Assembly: GCA_000934665.2 (NCBI GenBank)
Contig: JYFJ02000072.1
Coordinates: forward strand, 62,001 to 126,000
Direction of reading: 5' to 3'
Origin: Catajapyx aquilonaris
Taxonomy: Eukaryota
Length of the DNA stretch: 64,000 nt
The translations under genes and the position numbers were made by a program. The notes under the pieces were generated by a model. That model saw nothing but the letters and a program-made list of their open reading frames with translations. It made no database searches and was not told where the DNA came from. How positions within the stretch are numbered: the stretch's first letter is position 1; each line of letters begins with the position of its first letter. Positions 54,778 to 64,000 of this stretch are shown here, one piece after another.

Positions 54778-55264
54778 TACTTCTGAAATGACACACCCTC
54801 ACATCGCAATCAGTCTGGCTTGGGATTACAGAGTTTGGAAGCAATTTACCTGACTCCTCTTTTGCAAGGGTCTGTCCACCTAGCCGGATGAAATGTGATT
54901 GTTTCTGCTATCAGCAAGATAAGTACAGCTCTACAGGATAGGCCAACTGCAAATCTCGAGAGTACCAGGCAGGACTAATCGAAGGCACTTCCTTCATCTT
55001 ATCATGACTCAGGCGGATGAGGTTTATAGCAGGACTATGACATTTGCGAAGGCAAGCTATACATAAAGACATCCACACAAAGGCAAGTCCTGATTACTTG
55101 TATGTGGAATTGGAATGAGGAATTCTGTAAATGCAATGCTGCCGAAACGAAATGTTTTGTTTGAAGTGATGAGCATGAAAGGCATCACCATCTAATTACC
55201 CTTGAAATGGAAATGGAACCAAAATAACTAGAATGATTAATGTTGCGACCTGAGAAGAGCTTTA

Positions 55265-57232
55265 TTAACGACGAATCAGGCTCGACTGTCTTCGTGCTTT
55301 AAGTAGCATTTTTCTTTTTTCGAGAGCCTTTTCAATTTCTCCTTTGCTCGGGGTATGTTCGTCATATTTTGTGTCAATGAACTCTGTCCCCAATCGTCCA
55401 CTAGCTGCGTTATGATGTAGGACTATCTTAAGATGAGCTGCCATCTCCTCCAGCAACTTGGTGTAGCTGATAAACAAAACTATCATTAATGAAGAACTAG
55501 AATAAATCAGTAGGCCACCTACTTCTCCGATGTCGTTTCCATTTGTTTCAGAGCCAATAGTAAACGATTGATCCAAGCAGGATTAGTGAGGACAGTTTTT
55601 GTAGATACAAAGTCGTCGTGTCTCAAATGCCTTTCAAATTCTTCAGCCAAGGAAGAAAAATCTGCATCTGTAAAAGGGCAAAAGAATGTTCATCAAGTTC
55701 GAAACAAAAATTCATAATTATATTCTCGAACCTTTGAATGTTATTTCTGCTTTCACCACTCTATTAGTCTGAAGCCGACGAATAACATCTTTCTTCTCTT
55801 TCACAGCTAACTCTCTCTCGCGAGTAATATCTTTCTTGTTCTGCGTGGTGGTTTCTTGAACGTTCAAAATAATGATTCCCACAAATATGTTGGTTAGCAG
55901 TAAGTGACCCACACAAACGAAAGCTACGGCGAAAGCTCTTCCGAAATTACGCCATCCTGATTTTTCTAGGGCGATCACTACATCAGTCCAGCCGTCGATC
56001 TAGTTGCCAAAGTTAGTTTTATAGACGTTATAAAGCATTGCTATAATTAACGAAACCTACCGTAACCCATGAGAACAACGTCAATGTAGCCATCCCAAGA
56101 GACCCAAAATATTCCTGATTTCCCTTGAACAAGTTGAATCCAACTAGAGCAAATAGGTACATGACCAATAGCACCAGAAAAACCACGCTCAGGACATTGT
56201 GTGCCAAAGTGTCGAGCAAGGCTACCACCAACACCTGCAGATATACCGGTACTGTATGTCGCATCAAAGGGCTAAAACTATTAGCACCAAGGCAACATTA
56301 ACGTACTTGTAAAGTGGATGAAAACGAGACACTTCGTAGAGTTCTCAGAGTTCGAAAAGCTCTCAACACCTTAAACACTTGTGCGCCCTTGGTTCCAGTG
56401 CTGACAAACGACAAGAGCTCTTGAGCCATTGATCCGACAAGGATGGCGAAGTCAAAGATGTTAAATCCTGAGTCCCAATATTGAGTTGGCTCGGCGTATA
56501 TTTTGAACACAAATTCCAGGGTGTATATGGCCAGGAACACCTTCGCAAGAAGAAGGTAATTAATAATTGGTGAATGTTGATTAAAATTATGTTGACCTAC
56601 TTCATCCACTGCTGACAAAAAACCCTGCAAAAATGCAAGTGTGCGAAAAGTGTCCAGACACAAGAAGACTGCGTTGATCAGAATGCAGAGCATGATAAAA
56701 TTTTGAAACCAGTTTGATTCTGTCATGACCTGCAATGAAAGTACTCTCATTGTCATGTGTGATGTCTGAATATGGGGCGTACTGTACCTTTATGAAATCA
56801 TGAAGTTCTTTGTCTGGACGTATGCTCTCATCTTCTTCCTCGTCCGATGAGGATTCCCAATCCTGTGCATCATCTTTGCCTAAATACGTCTCCAACACTA
56901 TCGTCTCCTTCAATGACTTTCTTTTATTTCCTTGTCTCAATCTCCATGCTCGAGGAGAAAGTATTATCCTGGCAAAAACCCTAGCTATTCTTCTCGGTGC
57001 ATTACGAATCTGCCGGAAGATGCGTGCTAAAATACTCCTAGAATTTAATGCACGGTTTAATTCATGTCTTATTCGCTTCTGCTCTGCCTGCGACATCGTG
57101 CGTTTGGTCTGAAAAATGATATGAAAATATTTCAACTTGTATATCTTGCAGAATGATTTATATTGACGAAGCAGTTACCTTGCCCTGTGCATCATTCTGT
57201 AATAATTGCTGGCGTTGCGTCGGAGTCAACAT
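55265..57232 (-). CDS. CATSPER3: CatSper3-like sperm cation channel alpha subunit
   Basis: Eight phase-consistent exons: 57232-57179, 57108-56788, 56729-56601, 56540-56307, 56234-56061, 55999-55732, 55667-55523, 55466-55265. Single 6-TM domain: YTLEFVFKIYAEP..YW.SGFNIFDF, S4 KVLRAFRTLRTLR, pore TIDGWTD, S6 TNIFVGIIILN, a coiled coil and FSSLAEEFERHLRHDD. Confidence 0.85.
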
Positions 57233-57521
57233 GATGCTGGCCTAACACTTGCGACGGTGTACCACTTCAGATATACGACCAGCCGGGTTATAGCACGGCA
57301 ATTCAATCGTTACCAAGCAACAATATAATAGTATCTAATGACTGAAAAAATAGGGGGTAAAAATATCCCAACTCCAGTCCTGGAGCAGGTGGAACTGTGA
57401 GGTCTTGAACATAGATCCTGCAGCAGAACTTGAGTTAGGGAAAATTTAAAAAACGCAAAAGTCATTGTTGAAAATAATTGTTTGAGGTTACAGTATAATG
57501 CATGTATAGCACACATAAAAT

Positions 57522-59183
57522 TCAGCAGAGGATTTTGAGAAGGCGTGCGAAACGCAAGATGTCTTCGAAGCTGCAGTAAAGCGGAGATGGCGACACCCGT
57601 AGATATCCAGGCGGTCTGACATCACACTGAAAAATATACAGTACATGACCAATCTGATACGTGCACGATATTCAATTGGCGACATACCACAACTCCTCTG
57701 GACTCCAGAAATTGATGCACTTTTTTGATGTCCACGTTTGCAAAGTTTAGTGTGATAAGAGAACCTCTCTGAAGTGGATCTTGTGGAGTGACCACTTGGA
57801 TCTGATTAGGGTCAAAGTTTAGGCGAATAAGAAGTTCAAGGTATTCAGAGAGGCAGCGTTGCTTTTCCCGAATTTCGTCCATGCTTGTCAATGAGAATAT
57901 TTGCAAAGATGCATATAAAAGGCTTGCATGCCAAGGAGAAGGTGTTGTAATCCGGAAGGCTCTTGCTCCCTTGGAGACATCTATGTGTTCTTCCATGTTG
58001 AAACGAGTCTCAATTTTGTTTGACCACCACCCCACCAACGCTGGAGTTGTCGCTTGATGGCGATTGTGCACAAATATTCCTCCTAAGCCTCCAGCACCAC
58101 CACACAAATACTACCAGCAATGAAATGTATGAACAACAATTCGAAGAACGAGAGTAGCTGATACTTACTTTGTTGGAGCACCAGCAAGCAAAGTCCAGTC
58201 CCCACGAGTGAAGCTCCAGAGGAACATTTCCGACTGCATGAGCCAAGTCCCAGCCCACCAAACATCCCCGAGCTCTTGCCATTTGAGTAATCTTGGGAAT
58301 GTCTAAGAGCTGACCTACACCATGAAACATGTCAGTTTGAGCCAGTTGTTGCACGATACCACATTTTACCTGTTCGGAAGTTGATCCCTCCTAAAAACAC
58401 CACTGATAGGGTATCTCCATGCTCATCGATGGCTGCAATAATGTCTTCATTTCTAAGGAGGAATTCGCCTTTCCGAGGACCTACTTTGATCATGGCTTCT
58501 TCAATTGTGTGCCCATGGTGTTTAACCTGAGATTGCAACATGTACTGAAAGAATTGATGTTAATTAGTATGGACATCACTAGTCATGCATCATTAGTCGG
58601 TACCCTGTCAGAAGGAAAGGCTCCATCTTCGAAGAGTATCTTGAAGCGTGTTTGCGTCGGCTGGTAAAATGACAGCAGGAGCAAACCTATGTTGACACTG
58701 AGGCCATTGAGAAGAGCTACCTCTCCTGCGACCGCCCCGACCAATCTTTGCAAGCCTTCTTCGCAGGCTTCATCGCAGGAAATGACAGGAAGAGATCCGT
58801 GGACATAGCTGTGGGCGCCCCTGTTGGCAATGTGACACAATAAGAATCACTTTGTTTTACAATAACACGTGTATGGTACCATTGACCCCAGCTGTCCAAC
58901 TGCTCTTGGATGTACTTGTCTGCCGTTTTTGGCTTCAATCCAAGGGAATGCGTGCACAAGTATATGCAGTCATCATCAGGATGTACCGAATTCAAATCAC
59001 CTGCAAGTTGTTCAAGAAGAGTTTACTTTTATTCAGGACCGTGAGAATATTTTGCTTACAGTTGGGCAGTTGCTTCATTTTTGGAATGGTAAAATGCGAG
59101 CGAAGGTCCTTCAAAGGATCTAGAGCATCCATCATCTGAGCAAATTCCGTGCTTTCAGGATTCACATTGAGAGCCTTGGACAT
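57522..59183 (-). CDS. KYNU: Kynureninase paralogue A (divergent active site)
   Basis: Exons 59183-59060, 59000-58880, 58820-58604, 58544-58370, 58314-58169, 58110-57688, 57626-57522. Motifs: [57 protein letters not shown]. The reading frame is intact. The true start may lie upstream (in-frame exon 59337-59273). Confidence 0.9.
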
Positions 59184-60659
59184 TTGCAGTGGAGTAATAT
59201 CTGGGTGGGTGGCCTTGAAATGAGAATGGCACTAATTCCGCAGCCTGTATGTCAGGAGTAACTTCACCTTACCTTAAACTTGGCAAAAGAAATGGTGCCG
59301 ACCTCGTCCTTGGCATTCGATAATTTCCTAGCAGGACCTGCAAAATGTTGGAAATTTATTTCATTTGAAGCGTTGTGTAATCTGGCATAATCTTATCGGT
59401 GAACATTGGCTTCACAACCATTTACTGGCAAAACACCATTGTGTTCAATACGCACCAAGTAATATTGTTGAAGTTTTAAAATAGGCGTATGGAGCAAATA
59501 AATTTCAGAGAGCACAATGAAAGTACCGGTACTACAAATAAGTGCAATTAAACTGATATCCTTTAAAATATTAAGATATATACGGTATTTAAAATGTGGC
59601 AACAATTTCTGCACGTAATAGGTAGTACAGTAGTTGGGAGATAGCGATTATGTGAACTTGCACTGGCTTCATTCCAAATATGACAAACTTACTTGGCACT
59701 TCCAAAGATGCTCTAGGTGCACTAAATGGCATCCAAGATACACACACATTATCCGTCATAGTGCTTTCGAAACTGATGACTCGTGTGCAGCTGACAAGAC
59801 CTAACGTGAGACTGGTCCAGCTACCCAACGAAACGTGGCTTTTATACAGCGAAGTTGTTGATCATCAGGCTCCAACTTTCCAGGAACAGAGTGTGACGTC
59901 AAACCCACATTGGAGTCTCGTGATATGGCTATTGGCATGGGTATACACGGGGACGTCTTCATGTGTTACCCAGCAGATAAAACTTTCCATTTCATTCTTT
60001 CTCAACATATTGTCTACCAGCAAGATTGTTGTGGTTGGCTTTATCTTCTCAATCAGTCACTCTTACAACACATGCGTTCAGGGTAAAGGACGGGTGTGTA
60101 AATTTTTTAACCTTCTGTGAGCTTCCATGTTTGCGTAAACTAGTTACTTGCTTTTCACTTGACCGATAATATTTTCTGACAAAAATGTAGACGTGTTGTT
60201 TATCTGAAAAATATGTTTGCTTACGTGCTTATCGGAGTCTGAGAGGTGCCAAACCGAGCAAAATGTTTGGACGACTGGTCGCGGAAATAGTTCAAATTCT
60301 GAACGTCAGGATATTATGACACTAACGTTTCACCGCAACGCTACACCTGCGATCTAGTACAGTACTTAGTACTTCAGTTGATTGGCTCTTCCACTAATCG
60401 ACGAAACCTATCTTCATTGGGATACAGTGTTCACTTTTCTGTTTAGTTTTCATTGCACTAGTTGAGAAGTCGTCTATGATACAATAGTATTGCGTAATCA
60501 CATTTTAATAAATAAAGAACCCCTTGAAAATGACAAATAACAATAGGTTCAAAATTATTGTAAGATAATAACATAGGAAATTTTATTACTGCCGACACTA
60601 CTTCGTTACGTCAGGTTATAATAATAACATAATTATAAGTTCCCAAGGATTCAGTGCGC

Positions 60660-62415
60660 TCAGTGCTGAGCAACAGTTATGGCATCCTCAATGGCCAAGA
60701 CGAAACGGTAGACATCCTTGAAAGTGTTGTACAATGGCACAGGAGTCACCCGCAGAAAACTAGGAGGGCGTAAGTCAGCCTGAAAAGCATTGTTACCAAT
60801 GTGAGTGTATAGTATACCAGTATGTTTCATCAAACAAAGATAGCTACTAACCACAACACCCCTTCGCTCCAGTTCGTGAAACACCTTGGCGAGTTCGACT
60901 CCATGCAGAAGGAGTGTCAGCTGTGCTCCTCTTTGCGTCGGGTCTCGAGGGGTCACGATTTCCAGTGTGTCAGGACGAAAGTGCAAGTTCAGTAGCACCT
61001 CCAAGTAGCCGGTCATTAGGCGCTGCTTTCCCCTCACTTCCTCGATGCTGGTTTGTTCAAACACCTTGTAAGAAAGAAGACAAGTGGTGTTGAAACACCA
61101 AGGGAACATCCAGGGTCGGTTGAACAAAAAATTACCCGCAGACTGGCCATCAGCAGAGACATGTGCCATGGAGATGGATTGCTCATTCGGAAGGCGTCTG
61201 CTCCTTCTGCCAAGTCCACATCTGGTCTCATCTCGAATCTGGTTTCATGTCTTCCGGACCACCAGCCCTGAAGTCGAGGATGCCAACGGGTATCGGTGTG
61301 ATGACGCTTGTGCACGAAGATCCCGCCCATTCCTCCTGCTCCGGAGTTCAGGTACTGGAAAGAACACGCTGTCACCAAGAAAAATCGACTGCCTCGGATT
61401 ATGTTTCTTACTTTGTAAGTGCACCAACAAGCAAAGTCCACATTCCAGTTGTGCAAGAAGAGCTGGACGTTGCCCACAGCATGAGCCAAGTCCCATCCGA
61501 CCATGCAGCCTTTCGCCTGAGCTGCTGATGTGATGGACTCTGCATCCAGCATTTGACCTGAGGAAACAGTGGCACATGTCAGCACTGAGAATTTTTGGTG
61601 ACATGGGACAGTACCAGTTCTGAAGTCAACGACGTTGAGAAACACGACAGCGATGGAATCTCCTTCTTTTTCAATAACATCTAGGATGTCTGAATTGCGC
61701 AAGATGTGCTCTCCAGGACGAGGACGCAGAAGAATCAGTGCCTCGGAAGGTGAATGGCCATGAAGTTTTGCTTGTGTTTGTGCCGCATACTAGAACGTCA
61801 GCCATTTTATTTCGGTACAGATAAAATTTGATGTGCTCTTACAAGATCAGAGCTGAAGGCACCCTCTTCCATGAGGATCTTGAACCGTGTGTCATCAGGA
61901 CTATAAAAAGTAGTCAGCAGGACATGAATATTGACAGTAAGGCTGTTCATCAGAGCAACCTCGTCCTGCTCTGCCCCTACCAACCGCCCCATGCCCTTCT
62001 TTGCAGGCTGGTCGCACAAGGCAGCAGGCCATCTTCCATTGTGATGCATGTGAACGCCCCTGAAATGAGCCAAACACATCTAATATTGCAGTCGGGAACA
62101 CCCCCGACAAACTCACCATTTCCCCCAGTTGGTCAGTTGCTCCCGAATGTATTGGTCGGCCATCCATGGTTTCAACCCCAGCGAATGGCCGCAGAGATAA
62201 AGGGCCTCGTCGTCCAGGTCAGCCAGGCCAATGTCAACTGCATGGTTGGTGATGTCAGTGTCAGTTTTTTAAGTATCGTAATCTGACTTACTGTTTGGAA
62301 GGTCCCTCATCTTGGGCATAGCAAACTGTCCTCGAAGAGGCCGCAAAGGATCGTGCTCGTCCATAAAATTGGCAAATTCCACCGAGTCCACTGAGACGTC
62401 GCTGACTTGTGCCAT
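60660..62415 (-). CDS. KYNU: Kynureninase paralogue B (canonical)
   Basis: Exons 62415-62292, 62237-62117, 62059-61843, 61789-61615, 61557-61412, 61354-61136, 61064-60852, 60779-60660. Motifs: [81 protein letters not shown] on the minus strand at 60582-60587. The start codon is uncertain. Confidence 0.92.
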
Positions 62416-64000
62416 TTTGTTAAGGACGTCATCCGGTCTTTGCTTTTGTTCCTTGGAGTCAATAAGATTATGTCAAAAACAATGATCTAGTATATTCAAA
62501 CACTGCAGTGACAAACGGATCGCACTTGGCATTCGTTCCATAAGCGCTGGATCTGCTCATGGTCCTTGGCATTTAATATCTCGCTCGTCGTAGATAATGC
62601 AGCTGTAAATGTAAACGATGCAAACAACCCGCTGTAAATTTCTACAAGACAAATTTAGCATACTTAATCACACAAGGTTTCTGATTTTGCAATGACTACA
62701 GGAATGCGAGATGACCTTTCCTTGTGTCAAAGGTTTCCTGGGTTATCAGTCTTAAAATGTCCTCCAAAAGCTTTTAATGCGTATGAAGCACACACGTATA
62801 AACTGCACTAATCAGGCTAATTACTGCGTATGTAAATTAAGCGCAACTTACAGTCCCTCCTTAGGAATCCTTCTGGCAAACTTCCTCTTCTGGATGGAGG
62901 TGAAAGGGCAGATTGAGAGAGCCAAAGAGGTGGTGTACCTCTACTACACACAGCCATGGTGCCACTCTAATGGTGGCTCTTCTTCAACAAAGGATTCCAC
63001 TCTTTAAGAGAGACGAATCTTACCTCGTTACAGTTCGCAAGAAGCCTCTCCCGGTTCTGTCACGAGGAGCAAGACGATCGCGAGGTCACCCTCGACCCTT
63101 GACCACTTCTTATCAGAGAAACTGAGCAACTCCTTATTTGCACCATCGAATGTTGCGCTCTTCGAACAATCGGGAAGTGTTGTTGGGGATTGGTTGGATA
63201 CAATAATAATAGTGGGAGGATTTCAGCTCTTATCTGGATGGGACAAAGTTTACTATTGCGTTGTAACTCCATCAGCCAGTATTACAGGCTCGATTACAGG
63301 CCTATAACATGATGATGCTGATGTGTTAGTTATGAAATGTTTTACGTATGCAATGTAAGAATCTTTTGACCAATAGGAAGCTTTCAGGGACATGGGTATT
63401 CCCAATTTCCATGAGGGTAAAGAACAGATAACTCATCCAGGGTCAAAGGGCACCACGGTTGCACTCCCAATGCCACCTGCAGACCAAAATAATCAGCCCG
63501 TGATAATAATGTTCAGCCATCATCAATTGACCTAAAATTGGGACGTGTTTCATAGTCTTCAGGATTTACAGGTGACGATGAATATAGTTATCTAATAGTT
63601 TCAAGGTTCTGATATATTCCACCCACATGCATGATAGTGTGTTGCTATTTACATTATAAGATTTTATTTACTCTCAAAGTTCTTACCTTTGGCAGCATGC
63701 CCTAAATGACTGGACACATTAGCCAAGGAGACCTTGCTTGCATGATGACCTTGAGCAGATGTGGAGTAAATACATCAAGTAGATGCACACTTCTGATTAG
63801 ATTGGATTGGTATATTGTATGCAATGTGCTCAGTGTGTATTGGTTTCAAAGATATCACCATGGTGTGTCATGTAATGTAATGACAAACATGCAAAGTATA
63901 GGAGAAAACTTTTCTTAATGCAGCTTACAGTTGATAGTAATATACATGTTGAACGAACAGAACAATACGGTACTACTACTTTACAGTTTAATTGCACATA

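Noticed and set aside
54233..54853. 206-aa plus-strand ORF
   Set aside because: Antisense shadow of the ankyrin gene.
57522..62415. Horizontal transfer or haplotig duplication as the origin of the second kynureninase
   Set aside because: The copies share nearly all intron positions and eukaryote-type motifs but are highly diverged, which indicates an old tandem duplication.
1..64000. Prokaryotic systems (CRISPR arrays, operons, rRNA/tRNA)
   Set aside because: The genes are spliceosomal. No repeat-spacer array or structural RNA signature was seen.

Overview
Eukaryotic, intron-containing genomic DNA from an invertebrate, probably an arthropod (inferred from the protein types and TE families; the species cannot be identified). 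I reconstructed the genes by hand from GT-AG splice sites and reading-frame phase. Plus strand: a DBS/MCF2L-type RhoGEF (17 core exons, 23556-30289, with a phase-compatible candidate first exon at 10202-10724); an intronless 509-aa gene resembling a domesticated, catalytically truncated Sola-type transposase, possibly nested in the RhoGEF first intron; TMEM205; and a ZnT2-like zinc transporter with two candidate alternative first exons. Minus strand, in a compact block with tiny introns (54.2-62.6 kb): an ankyrin-repeat gene, a complete CatSper3-like sperm Ca2+ channel subunit and two tandem kynureninases. One kynureninase keeps the animal 3-hydroxykynurenine specificity residues. The other carries bacterial-like substitutions and has lost the PLP-site Tyr. 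Introns and intergenic DNA hold many MITEs, including two adjacent fold-back Tc1/mariner derivatives each built from two 3' ends. There is a 7-N gap at 44523-44529. No rRNA, tRNA or CRISPR array was found.
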